This document shows, in pieces, positions 20,451-29,774 of a stretch of 64,000 nt of DNA. Below the pieces are notes generated by a model. The model saw only the letters and a list, made by a program, of their open reading frames with translations. It did no database searches and had not been told where the DNA came from. This DNA comes from Candidatus Buchananbacteria bacterium (GTDB lineage: Bacteria; Patescibacteriota; Patescibacteriia; CAIXNZ01), in the NCBI GenBank assembly GCA_014729025.1, contig WJKP01000014.1:543-64542 (forward strand). Reading direction: 5' to 3'. Positions within the stretch are counted from its first letter, which is position 1. Each line of letters opens with the position of its first letter. Both the position numbers and the translations under genes were made by a program.

Positions 20451-22517
20451 TTATTCTAAATGAGCAATTATTTTAATTTGCTCTAATTTATTTTTCAATA
20501 AAGGAAAATTTTTAAAATTATTTTTATCAAAAAATTCCTCAGCTTCTTTTTTAGTCAAATTAATCAAATCCAAATCAGTTAAACTGGCTATTTTTAAATC
20601 CGGCATGCCTGATTGCCTGGTACCATAAACTTCACCAGGTCCGCGAAATTTTAAATCATATTCAGCCAAAGCAAAACCGTCAGCTGACTTAACCAAAGCT
20701 GATAGTCTTTCAGTAGTTTTGTTATTATAATTATCAGTAAACAAAAAACAATAAGATTGATACCCCCCCCTGCCCACTCGACCGCGAAACTGGTGTAATT
20801 GCGCCAAACCAAAACGATCAGCTCCCTCAATCATCATAATAGTGGCATTCGGTATATCAATCCCCACTTCAACTACAGATGTTGAAACTAAAATATTTAT
20901 TTTATTATTTTTAAAATCAAGCATGATTGATTCTTTTTCCTGAGCTTTTAATTTACCATGCAAAAGCCCGATATTGAATTCGGGAAAAATAAATTTATCC
21001 AGCTTTTTAAATTCTTGCTTAACTGATTTAACACCTAATTTATCAGATTCATCAATTAAAGGGCAAATAACAAAAACTTGCCGGCCGTTTTGAATTTCTT
21101 GCCGAATAAACTGATAGGCTTGATTTCTATTTTTTTCAGCAACCAGCTTGGTAATTATTTTTTTACGGCCCAGAGGCATTTGCTTAATCATTGATAATTC
21201 CAAATCACCGTATAAAATCAAGGCTAAAGAGCGCGGTATCGGCGTAGCCGTCATAGAAAGAAAATGAGGAGCTGTTTTATTTAAATTCTTTTCTTTTAAT
21301 TTTTTTCGCTGTTCTACGCCAAAACGATGCTGTTCATCAATAATAACCATGCCTAAATTATTATATTGCAAATCATCCTGAATCAAGGCATGCGTGCCAA
21401 TAATTAAATCCGCCTCACCGTTTTTTATTATTTCTTGAAATTCATCTTTTTTTATTTTTGCTTGGTTATTTAAAATACGCTCGCTACCAGTAAGCAAAAT
21501 AATATTAAAATTAAAATTTTGAAAAAATTTATTTAATGTAATAAAATGCTGTTTAGCCAAAATTTCAGTTGGTGCCATCAAAACAGCCTGTTTCTTATTT
21601 AAAATAACATTTAACATAGCCAGTGCAGCAATCACTGTTTTACCTGAACCCACATCTCCTTCCAATAATCTATTCATTGGTTTGGCTTTTTCCAAATCCA
21701 AAAAAATTTGCCAAGCAGCTTTTTTTTGATCAGCTGTTAATTCAAAAGGTAAAAATTTAACAAAATCAACAATCTCTTTTTCTTTAAATTTAATTTTAGC
21801 CGCCTTATTTCTAGCCAAATAACGCCTAGATAATTGATTATTAGCTTGAATTAAAAAAAGCTCATTAAATTTCAAACGATAAAGAGCTTGCTCTAAAACT
21901 TTAAAATTTTGAGGGAAATGAATTATTGATAAAGCTTGGCTTAAAGATAACAAATTATGTTTTTCTTTAATCTGATTAGGCAACCAATCTTTTATTAATT
22001 TAACTGATTTTAAGGCTTGATTAATTAAAAAACGTATTTGTTTTTGTGTTAAACGACCGGTTACAGAATAAACCGGAATAATTTTTGCGGTATTTAAATT
22101 TTGGCCTTTTTTAGCTTTTTCATAAGCAGGAGAAACAAATTGCAAACCTAAATTATCAAACTCAACTCGGCCTGAAATAAATACTTGATCTCCTGTTTTT
22201 AAATTTTTTATTAAAAATGGCTGATTAAACCAAATAATTTTAATTGAACCGGTTTCATCTTCAATCAAGGCTTCTGTAATAGTTATTTTTTTTCTAAAAC
22301 TACGGCGATTATTAATTAAAATGATTTTACCTTTAACCGTAACTGTTTGATTGGGCAATAATTGATTGATTTTTATAATTTGGCTAAAATCATCATAACG
22401 AAAAGGAAAATAATAAATCAAATCAAAAACAGTATTAATACCGATTTTATTTAAAAGTCGAGCGGTTGTCTTACCAACACTGGTTAATTTTTCAATTGAT
22501 GTCTCTAAATCATACAT
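20451..22517 (-). CDS. recG: ATP-dependent DNA helicase RecG
   Basis: Wedge domain plus helicase motifs DVGSGKT and DEQHRFG. Start moved to the internal Met (MYDLETS...) at 22517; the upstream 17 codons of the track ORF run through a tRNA gene. Confidence 0.9.
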   Translation of the reverse strand: MYDLETSIEKLTSVGKTTARLLNKIGINTVFDLIYYFPFRYDDFSQIIKINQLLPNQTVTVKGKIILINNRRSFRKKITITEALIEDETGSIKIIWFNQPFLIKNLKTGDQVFISGRVEFDNLGLQFVSPAYEKAKKGQNLNTAKIIPVYSVTGRLTQKQIRFLINQALKSVKLIKDWLPNQIKEKHNLLSLSQALSIIHFPQNFKVLEQALYRLKFNELFLIQANNQLSRRYLARNKAAKIKFKEKEIVDFVKFLPFELTADQKKAAWQIFLDLEKAKPMNRLLEGDVGSGKTVIAALAMLNVILNKKQAVLMAPTEILAKQHFITLNKFFQNFNFNIILLTGSERILNNQAKIKKDEFQEIIKNGEADLIIGTHALIQDDLQYNNLGMVIIDEQHRFGVEQRKKLKEKNLNKTAPHFLSMTATPIPRSLALILYGDLELSMIKQMPLGRKKIITKLVAEKNRNQAYQFIRQEIQNGRQVFVICPLIDESDKLGVKSVKQEFKKLDKFIFPEFNIGLLHGKLKAQEKESIMLDFKNNKINILVSTSVVEVGIDIPNATIMMIEGADRFGLAQLHQFRGRVGRGGYQSYCFLFTDNYNNKTTERLSALVKSADGFALAEYDLKFRGPGEVYGTRQSGMPDLKIASLTDLDLINLTKKEAEEFFDKNNFKNFPLLKNKLEQIKIIAHLE

Positions 22518-22527
22518 ATAATTGGGA

Positions 22528-22599
22528 TGCCCCCGGCAGGAATCGAACCTGCATCGCGAGATCCGCAATCTCGTGTTCTATCCGTTGAACTACAGGGAC
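22528..22599 (-). tRNA. tRNA-Arg (anticodon GCG)
   Basis: Hand-folded cloverleaf: acceptor GTCCCTG/CGGGGGC (two G-U), D-arm GTTC/GAAC, anticodon stem CGAGA/TCTCG with loop TTGCGGA, T-arm GCAGG-TTCGATT-CCTGC; CCA not encoded. Confidence 0.65.
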
Positions 22600-22625
22600 T
22601 AAGTAATTTTTAAATTAATAAAGGA

Positions 22626-22658
22626 GATAAAAAATATCTCCCTTTATTTAAAATCTAA
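22626..22658. terminator. Hairpin AAAGGGAGATA-loop-TATCTCCTTT with flanking T/A runs, downstream of CDS 22671..23168 (minus); likely bidirectional
   Basis: 10-bp stem with T-rich 3' side on the minus strand. Confidence 0.4.
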
Positions 22659-22670
22659 ATTTTATAATTA

Positions 22671-23168
22671 TTATAATTTTAAAATAGTCTCCAGCTGATC
22701 ATCTAAAGACTGATTTTCTCTATCCAAGTCTTCATCAATATAATCTAATAATTTTTCACGAATAACTAAAGGGTTCATATCATCCAAAGGTACGGAAAAA
22801 TCAGGCGAAAAACCTTTTAAGGTGAAAAATATTTTCTTAACTTCCGGCGGATCATAAATAAAATAAAAATTTTTAATATTACGATAATTGAAAAATTGGT
22901 TGCCTAATAATATACCGTCTTCTGTTATTTTAAATTTCAGGTTTCTCGGCTTAACATAAATTCTTAAAAAAAGAATAAATACAAATAAAATAATAATCAA
23001 AGCAAACAGAAAATTTTCAGTAAATATGCTATAAATAATAAAAACACCGACTAAAAAAAATGTAGCTGCATACCAAAGATAGCTCCTGGTATGTTCAGGA
23101 AATTCCGGAACTTCCCATTCAAAAAAAGTTTCACCAAAATCTTTTTCTGCCATATTTTTTTGGGCCAT
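22671..23168 (-). CDS. Hypothetical membrane protein (2 TM)
   Basis: 165 aa; two hydrophobic helices near the N-terminus, acidic C-terminus. Confidence 0.4.
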   Translation of the reverse strand: MAQKNMAEKDFGETFFEWEVPEFPEHTRSYLWYAATFFLVGVFIIYSIFTENFLFALIIILFVFILFLRIYVKPRNLKFKITEDGILLGNQFFNYRNIKNFYFIYDPPEVKKIFFTLKGFSPDFSVPLDDMNPLVIREKLLDYIDEDLDRENQSLDDQLETILKL

Positions 23169-23239
23169 AATAATTTATTTAAGTATTATTAATTATATTA
23201 TAACGTAATAATCAATGAATTTCAAGTATTTATTAACAG

Positions 23240-23268
23240 TTGACATTTTCTCTAAACTAAGCTAAAAT
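23240..23268 (+). promoter_or_regulatory. Sigma70-type promoter (TTGACA-17-TAAAAT) for the tRNA-Ser genes
   Basis: Consensus -35 at 23240-23245, 17-nt spacer, -10 TAAAAT at 23263-23268, 17 nt upstream of the tRNA 5' end. Confidence 0.5.
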
Positions 23269-23285
23269 ATAGGTTAAGAAACCCA

Positions 23286-23376
23286 GGAGAGGTACCCAAG
23301 TGGTTGAAGGGGCGGGTTTGCTAAACCTGTAGGTCGGTTTTATGCCGGCGCGGGGGTTCGAATCCCCCCCTCTCCG
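23286..23376 (+). tRNA. tRNA-Ser (anticodon GCT), type II with long variable arm
   Basis: GGAGAGG acceptor pairs CCTCTCC; anticodon loop TTGCTAA; variable arm stem GTCGG/CCGGC; T-loop TTCGAAT; discriminator G. Confidence 0.85.
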
Positions 23377-23469
23377 CCCGAACCAGAACCATTAATTTTA
23401 AAATTGGAAAAGATAAAAAAAAATATATATTGGATATACTGCAAATTTAGAAAATCGATTCCAACAACA

Positions 23470-23556
23470 TATTTTATCATGGAGAGGTGGCAGAGTGGAC
23501 GAATGCACCGGTCTTGAAAACCGGAGCCCCGGCAACGGGGCCGAGGGTTCGAATCC
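23470..23556 (+). tRNA. tRNA-Ser (anticodon TGA), type II
   Basis: GGAGAGG/CCTCTCC acceptor, anticodon loop CTTGAAA, variable arm CCCCGGCAACGGGG, T-loop TTCGAAT. Confidence 0.85.
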
Positions 23557-23691
23557 CTCCCTCTCCGCAGGAAAAATTTTAGCACTTTTGTGGTGAAATT
23601 TTTTCTTATGTGGAGTAGAAAGGCTGCAGAATCCTCCTCCGTTAAGCCATCGGGCATATTTTTAAATCCAATCCTCTCAGCATAAAAAGTA

Positions 23692-24411
23692 TTAATCCTC
23701 TCTTTGGGCTATTACTAAACCATAAATTTCACTAAAACCTTTTTGTTCTAAAGCTTGAGCTGATTCAATTAAGGTACTGCCAGTTGTTACAACATCATCA
23801 ATTAATAAAATTTTTTTATTTTTTATTGATTCCTGATTATTAAAAATAAAGGCATTTTTAAGATTGGTTTGTCTTTCTTGCCGATTCAAATTAACCTGGC
23901 TCATGGTATTAATTTGCCTAATTAATAAATTTCGTGTAGGGATTTTATAATATACACTTAATTTTTGGGCCAAAAGCTCACTTTGGTTAAAGCCTCTGGC
24001 CAAATAACGCTTTTTATGCAAAGGCACGGGACAAATTATAGTATTATCAAAATTAATTTGAAAAATTTTTAAAATATTATTGGCTTTAAGATACCGAATT
24101 ATCAGATCTCCCAAATAATCGCTAATTTCCTCAACAAAATTATATTTTAAATTATGCAATAAATTTTGCAATATTTGATTATTATAATCAGCTACAACAA
24201 AAACAGCTTTTAAAGCTGTCTTTTTTTTACAATTTTCGCAAATTTGACTATGGTTCGTTTGTTTTTTACATAAAACACAATAAAATTGTTTGTTTAATTC
24301 CAAACGTTTAAAACAAGTGTGGCATAAATAAGTTTCTTCCAAGCCACAACTAATGCATTCTTTAGGAAAAATTAAATCAATAAACCAATCTTTCAATTTT
24401 AATATATCCAT
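23692..24411 (-). CDS. comF: ComF family protein (ComFC; double zinc ribbon plus phosphoribosyltransferase domain); last gene of the T4SS-like operon
   Basis: 239 aa; N-terminal CxxC...CxxC...CxxC...CxxC and C-terminal PRTase motif LLIDDVVTTGSTL. Confidence 0.8.
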   Translation of the reverse strand: MDILKLKDWFIDLIFPKECISCGLEETYLCHTCFKRLELNKQFYCVLCKKQTNHSQICENCKKKTALKAVFVVADYNNQILQNLLHNLKYNFVEEISDYLGDLIIRYLKANNILKIFQINFDNTIICPVPLHKKRYLARGFNQSELLAQKLSVYYKIPTRNLLIRQINTMSQVNLNRQERQTNLKNAFIFNNQESIKNKKILLIDDVVTTGSTLIESAQALEQKGFSEIYGLVIAQRED

Positions 24412-24449
24412 ATTCCCAATAACTAATTACCAGTGACTAATGACTCAAA

Positions 24450-25118
24450 TTATTGCCAATAAGCACCGTCTACTTTCCATTCGTCATCAATTTTAACAAA
24501 TGATAATAAAATATCCTGATAAAATACATCGGGATTATTTATATCATTATTAAATTCCTGCCTTTGTGTTTTTACAATGACTTCTGCTTCACCGGCTTCT
24601 TCATCCAAATTTTCCACTTGTTTTGATATAGCTTTAGTTTCAATCGCATAATAAGTATTAAAATCAGGATTTTGTTGCCTTAAATTTTCTTTATAAGTAT
24701 TATTAACCCAATCAGTCATTGATTCAGTCATAAAAACTGATAAATCATCCAAATTAGCATAATTACTCTGATTAGAATAACTGCCAAATCTTTCGGCAAA
24801 TGCTTCGGCTATTAATAAAACGCTTACTTGCTCGGCTTGATTAACTTCCTCAACTTCACCATTTAAAGCCTCCGAATCAGACAAAACCGTCGCATTGGTA
24901 TTATTAAAATTAGTTAAATCAGGTAAAGGCTGATCAGGCAAAGCAGCTGGCTGATTTGTGTTGGCATTTAAATTTGTTTGTGGCGGTGCTTGATCAACAT
25001 TAAAATAAGTTAATAATAAATAAATAATAGCAGCAATAATCAAAAGTAATAATAAAATTACCGCCAAAATAATGATTTTCTTTATTTTTTTTGCTCGTTC
25101 TTTTGACTGTTCAGCCAT
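24450..25118 (-). CDS. Bitopic membrane protein (short cytoplasmic N-terminus, one TM, about 180-aa extracytoplasmic domain); possible VirB8/TcpC-like component
   Basis: 222 aa; topology and size fit VirB8-like proteins; located directly downstream of virB4; no sequence motif recognised. Confidence 0.3.
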   Translation of the reverse strand: MAEQSKERAKKIKKIIILAVILLLLLIIAAIIYLLLTYFNVDQAPPQTNLNANTNQPAALPDQPLPDLTNFNNTNATVLSDSEALNGEVEEVNQAEQVSVLLIAEAFAERFGSYSNQSNYANLDDLSVFMTESMTDWVNNTYKENLRQQNPDFNTYYAIETKAISKQVENLDEEAGEAEVIVKTQRQEFNNDINNPDVFYQDILLSFVKIDDEWKVDGAYWQ

Positions 25119-25154
25119 ATAATTTTATTACTTAATAATAAATTTTATAATAAA

Positions 25155-27101
25155 TTAAATATCAATTTCTTCCACTCCACCGCCTGTTTTAGGCGGAGTT
25201 TTGGGTTGACTTTCAGCAGATTCAGCTACAGCACCGCCTGATTCTTCTTCAAATTCCCTTTTTGAAGCTTCAATCTCTAATAATTGTTTGGGGTCAGTCG
25301 TAATCAATTGATCTTCACTGTATGAAGCCACTATTTTAATTGCCGCATGCTTTCTACCGGCAAAAAAGATACCTTCACCAACACCACATTCCAAAAGTAA
25401 GTATTTCTCGCCTTCAGTCAATAAAAATACTTTTTGAATATTATCAATCGCTGCAGGTGATTGCTTTAATAGTAATTGCAAAGCTGAATTGGTTACAATT
25501 GCGCGGCCATAAGGACTGTTCAAAAAATCATTTACATCCTGGGTAATAGTAGTTACACCTAAATAATATTTTCTACATCTTTTTACTAAAGCATAAATAA
25601 ATTTTGCTGAATCTTCATGTGTCATTAACCACCAAGCTTCATCAATTACTAAAATTCTTTTCTTTACTTGAGAACGTACTACATTCCAAATATAAGTTAC
25701 GATCGTATATATAGCTATTGGCCTTAATTCATCTTCCAAATCTCTAACGCTAAAACAAACCAACTGATTTCTCATATCAACATTAGTCGGCTGATTAAAT
25801 AAGCCGGAAAAAGTCCCTTCAGTATATTTTCTTAAACGTAAACTCAAATCTTCAGCACCTTCCATGCCTTCCAAAATATTCTGCAAATCCTGCATAATTG
25901 GCGGTTCAATTTTTGCTAAATCAGCTTGTGGCGTAATATCTTTTGAAGCATAAGTTTCTATTAAAGCACGATCCAAAATTGAATCTTCTTCGGTTGTTAA
26001 ATCACCGAGCATTAAACGTAACAAACCTTTTAAAGAAATTACACTGCTTCTAATAATATCTTCTGCGCTGGCATCGCCAACTCCTCTTGGCAAATCAAAC
26101 GGATTAATTTTTTCTTTTGACGCCAAAGAAATATTAACATAAGTTCCGCCAACTGCTTCGGATAAATGCGCGTATTCTCTTTCGGGATCAATAATAATTA
26201 CATCTGTACCTAGCATCATACTTCTTAAAACTTCCAATTTTACGGCGTAACTTTTACCGGCGCCCGAGGTAGCAAAAACAACATAATTGGCATTTTGCAA
26301 TGAAAATCTTTCAAATATAATTAAACTGTTATTATGCCTGTTTACACCGTATAAAATCCCCTCATCAGAAGTTAATTCTGATGAAATAAACGGAAAAGAA
26401 GAAGCAACCGGTGAAGTATTCATGTTAAAAGAAATTAAAAGCTCGTCATTAGCTAACGGAATAGTTGAATTTAAACCTTGTTCTGCCTGATATAAAACTT
26501 TTTTAGTATAAATTAGTTTGCCACCAAAAATTGATTCTACTTCTGAAGTCAACTCGTCTAAATCTTCTTCATTGTTGGCATAAATAGTTGTATATAATGC
26601 AAACTGAAAAAATCTTTCTATCCCTTGGGTTAAATCATCTCTTAATTTTTCAATATCTCGTAAAGCTGTTTCCAAAATAGGATCACGTGGCGCGCCTTTT
26701 TCAATATCTGACATTAATTGAGCCTGTAAATTACCCACCCGTTTTTTTAATTGTTTTAAAATTATTTCTGCTTTTACAGGATAAAAAAACATAGAAACAT
26801 CTAAGGTCTTGCTTAAACTAATTATTGGTGTAAACCAGCCAATAGTTATATAACGAGGATAATTTAAGACAAAAATAGTTCTAACATAAGTATCACCCAA
26901 AATAACATAAGTTGGTTTAACCTTAAAAGCAGCCGGCGCAATTAAATCTTTAACACTGACTTGTCCTTTACGATAAACTTTTTCTTCTTCTAAGGTAATC
27001 TCTTCTGCCTTAACGGCTGCTTCTGCGGATTTTTTTTGCTGATTTTTTTCTTCCTCCCCAGAAGATTGATTTTTTTGAGGTGTTGGTACTTCTAAAGCCA
27101 T
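25155..27101 (-). CDS. virB4: VirB4-family T4SS ATPase (Gram-positive TcpF/Orf16/PrgJ-like), ATPase part
   Basis: 648 aa; IAPAAFKVKPTYVILGDTYVRTIFVLNYPRYITIGWFTPIIS block typical of Firmicutes VirB4 homologs, Walker A SGAGKSY, Walker B VIDEAWWLM, TITQDV motif. Confidence 0.8.
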   Translation of the reverse strand: MALEVPTPQKNQSSGEEEKNQQKKSAEAAVKAEEITLEEEKVYRKGQVSVKDLIAPAAFKVKPTYVILGDTYVRTIFVLNYPRYITIGWFTPIISLSKTLDVSMFFYPVKAEIILKQLKKRVGNLQAQLMSDIEKGAPRDPILETALRDIEKLRDDLTQGIERFFQFALYTTIYANNEEDLDELTSEVESIFGGKLIYTKKVLYQAEQGLNSTIPLANDELLISFNMNTSPVASSFPFISSELTSDEGILYGVNRHNNSLIIFERFSLQNANYVVFATSGAGKSYAVKLEVLRSMMLGTDVIIIDPEREYAHLSEAVGGTYVNISLASKEKINPFDLPRGVGDASAEDIIRSSVISLKGLLRLMLGDLTTEEDSILDRALIETYASKDITPQADLAKIEPPIMQDLQNILEGMEGAEDLSLRLRKYTEGTFSGLFNQPTNVDMRNQLVCFSVRDLEDELRPIAIYTIVTYIWNVVRSQVKKRILVIDEAWWLMTHEDSAKFIYALVKRCRKYYLGVTTITQDVNDFLNSPYGRAIVTNSALQLLLKQSPAAIDNIQKVFLLTEGEKYLLLECGVGEGIFFAGRKHAAIKIVASYSEDQLITTDPKQLLEIEASKREFEEESGGAVAESAESQPKTPPKTGGGVEEIDI

Positions 27102-27112
27102 ATTTTATAAAA

Positions 27113-27766
27113 TTATTGTTCTATACGAAGTTTATTAATATCGCGTAATTTTTGATTTTGGCTGGTTCTTGGATTATAAACATTATAATATAATTCAATC
27201 AGACTCTGAGTATCTAAAACAGCGGTTTCTAAACCCATGCCTCTTAAATTTGACTGAATATTATTGATTCTTAAGCGCAAATCCTCTTTATATTCTAAAA
27301 ATTTTTCTCTCTTAATTTTTATCAATTTACCAGGTGTAAATAATTCTTTTAATCTTGTCCAAAAACTTTTGGATTTATCACCTAAAGGATCATAAGGGAT
27401 TACAATAAAAAAGCTTTTAGTCATGATTTCGCCTATTTCAATTAATTCTTGGATATATTCTATATAACTGTTTATTTGTACTTTTAATAGGTCGTTAGTC
27501 TGTTTTTTTCTCGCTTCATTTAATCTTCTTAAATAACCTTCAATATCTAATTGCCTAGACTGAATAACTATTTGCATAGGATGATCTAATGAATTTAAAA
27601 ACTGCATATAACCGCTGATTAAAGCTTTTTGTTCATCTTCTGATTTTAATGCGAAATTAATACTGGAACATAAAATAACTGAACGTAAAGTACCGTCTTT
27701 TAAAATAACCACTCCTTCTCTGATTTCGGCAATATCCAAGTGTTTTTGGGTTGTATTTTTTGCCAT
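27113..27766 (-). CDS. VirB4 N-terminal (CagE/TrbE/VirB-type) domain encoded as a separate ORF
   Basis: 217 aa; ILKDGTLRSVILCSSINFALKSEDEQKALISGYMQFLNSLDHPMQIVIQS resembles the conserved N-terminal block of VirB4 proteins; 11-nt gap and different frame to the ATPase ORF. Confidence 0.5.
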   Translation of the reverse strand: MAKNTTQKHLDIAEIREGVVILKDGTLRSVILCSSINFALKSEDEQKALISGYMQFLNSLDHPMQIVIQSRQLDIEGYLRRLNEARKKQTNDLLKVQINSYIEYIQELIEIGEIMTKSFFIVIPYDPLGDKSKSFWTRLKELFTPGKLIKIKREKFLEYKEDLRLRINNIQSNLRGMGLETAVLDTQSLIELYYNVYNPRTSQNQKLRDINKLRIEQ

Positions 27767-27774
27767 AAATAAAA

Positions 27775-28206
27775 TTATTTAATTATTTCTTCTTCCCTAA
27801 AAGCACCGCCTGTATTAACAACCAAAGATAAAGAAGATAATTTATCACCGACCAAAGGTTCTTTGGGCGTAAATTTTTCTTCCTCTTTTTTTTCTTCTTT
27901 TTTGGGCAATTCAGTTATTTCTGTTTTACCCCATAGTCTTAAATTAGGTCTTTTTAAGGTCTGAACTAAATTTAAAAAGAAATAATGAAAAGGCATACCA
28001 TTGACTTTAAAAAAAGCTATCATGCCAAAAATTGCGGTTGTTAATAAAGCAACAATTATAAAAGTAGTAAAATAAAACATTTTATAAAAAATAAAATCCA
28101 ACATACCGGCCACCATCATAATAAAAAATTGCCGAGTCGTAATTGGACCAATAATTTTACTTTCAACATCAATAAATTGTGGTACTAAAAATTGATCAAA
28201 AGCCAT
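27775..28206 (-). CDS. Small 2-TM membrane protein, VirB3-like by position and topology
   Basis: 143 aa; two adjacent TM helices, charged C-terminus; sits just upstream of the VirB4 ORFs as VirB3 does. Confidence 0.35.
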   Translation of the reverse strand: MAFDQFLVPQFIDVESKIIGPITTRQFFIMMVAGMLDFIFYKMFYFTTFIIVALLTTAIFGMIAFFKVNGMPFHYFFLNLVQTLKRPNLRLWGKTEITELPKKEEKKEEEKFTPKEPLVGDKLSSLSLVVNTGGAFREEEIIK

Positions 28207-28209
28207 AAA

Positions 28210-29760
28210 TTAATATTTTAAATTTTTATTTAATTCCATTATTGATTTAAATTCTAATAATTCTAATTCATCTGTCTCTTCAATCACTTGTTCAAAAGAT
28301 TTACCTTGATTAATTGCCTTATTCATTATATCGGCATAAATTTTATAAAGCGGGCTTTTCTTCAAAGCTTTAATCCCCTCAACTTTTTTAACTAATGATT
28401 CATCTTCCAATAAATTAAGTTTTTCTTTTAATTTAGAAGTTGCTTCCTGGGGATCTTTGGATAAACGCCGAAAATCAGCGATTGTAAAAGACGCTAATTC
28501 TTCAATCGGACCGTATAACCTTGGGGTAAATTTAACATCTTCTACTTTTGGCCGGCCACCTTGTTTTTCTTGTTTTTTAAAAATCGGCTGCTGAGAAACT
28601 TGTTTGTCTGCTGGTGGCGTTTGCGATTCAGCTGGAGCTTGACTTGTTACCTCATTTTTTTTAATTGATTCTTTTTTTGCTACAGTAACTTGAGATTGTT
28701 TATCCTGCGCTATTCCTTTTTTAGCTTTTACTGAAGTAGGTGTATCTTGAATTGAGTTTGGTGCAAAATCAAAATCAGCAAACGGATCTTTTTCTTTAGC
28801 CGACAAATTGACGTTTTTTTCTATACCTGGCTCTTTTTTTTCTTCTTTAGCCGAATCTGACTGAGCTGCCATAGGCGGTGGCGGAGCTAACTCTTCATTT
28901 GTCTCTAAAAAATCTTCTTTATCTTCTATTTTATCAGCTAAATCCGCAGATTCTTCTTTTTTTTCAATAAACTCTTCTTTTTCTTTTAATTCCCGTTTAA
29001 TTGCTTCTTTATGAGCCAATTCTTCAAACTCGACGCCTTGATCTTTTAACAATTGATCAATAGTCACTTCTTCCCCGGTAGTTTTTTCAGGCTTTGTCTC
29101 CGGCTTAACTGGTTTTGATTCAACATCTATATTAGTTTCCTGTACAACATCGGATTTAGGCATAACAAATTCTTCTGGCAAACTTTTTTCATATTCGGCA
29201 ATAACTTCATTAATATCAACATCTTCTTTTTCCATTTCTTCTTTTTTAACTTCTAATAAATCCCGTAATTTATAAAAACTTTCTTCAGGCATACCAACTC
29301 CCCCAATTTTGTCTGAACGGGTCATTACTTCTTTTAATTCAGCAAAATCACGAACATCCTTTAACCAACTAACCAAAGCTTCTAAAAATCTTTGTCTGAT
29401 ATTATCATTTTTAATTTTAAATTCCGGCAACTTGGCTAATAATTCATCGGTCATTATTGGCGGACTGAATTTATTTGCAGTTTTATCTTGTAAATTTTTT
29501 TTGATCGGTTCTAATTTTTCTTGTTTATCAAGTATTGAGGTTTTTAAATCATACGCCAAATCACCGGCTTTATTAAAATCAAGCTCTAATTTATCGCTAA
29601 ATAATTCAATTAAATCAAGTGGTTGCACCTTACCTAAAATAGCGTCAATTAAAATCTCCAATACTTTATCTTTATTTTCTAATTCATAATCTTGTAGAAT
29701 TTTTTTTAAATCATTGCTCAAATCACCGAAATCTTCTATTTTAAATTTATTGTCAGTCAT
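28210..29760 (-). CDS. Hypothetical acidic soluble protein (Glu/Lys-rich, coiled-coil-prone)
   Basis: 516 aa; no TM, no recognisable motifs; 3-nt gap to the next gene. Confidence 0.4.
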   Translation of the reverse strand: MTDNKFKIEDFGDLSNDLKKILQDYELENKDKVLEILIDAILGKVQPLDLIELFSDKLELDFNKAGDLAYDLKTSILDKQEKLEPIKKNLQDKTANKFSPPIMTDELLAKLPEFKIKNDNIRQRFLEALVSWLKDVRDFAELKEVMTRSDKIGGVGMPEESFYKLRDLLEVKKEEMEKEDVDINEVIAEYEKSLPEEFVMPKSDVVQETNIDVESKPVKPETKPEKTTGEEVTIDQLLKDQGVEFEELAHKEAIKRELKEKEEFIEKKEESADLADKIEDKEDFLETNEELAPPPPMAAQSDSAKEEKKEPGIEKNVNLSAKEKDPFADFDFAPNSIQDTPTSVKAKKGIAQDKQSQVTVAKKESIKKNEVTSQAPAESQTPPADKQVSQQPIFKKQEKQGGRPKVEDVKFTPRLYGPIEELASFTIADFRRLSKDPQEATSKLKEKLNLLEDESLVKKVEGIKALKKSPLYKIYADIMNKAINQGKSFEQVIEETDELELLEFKSIMELNKNLKY

Positions 29761-29774
29761 AAAATATATTAATT

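Noticed and set aside
23340-23657. 105-aa minus-strand ORF from the track
   Set aside because: It lies entirely across the two tRNA-Ser genes and their spacer. Its Gly/Arg/Pro-rich translation is what antisense tRNA sequence produces.
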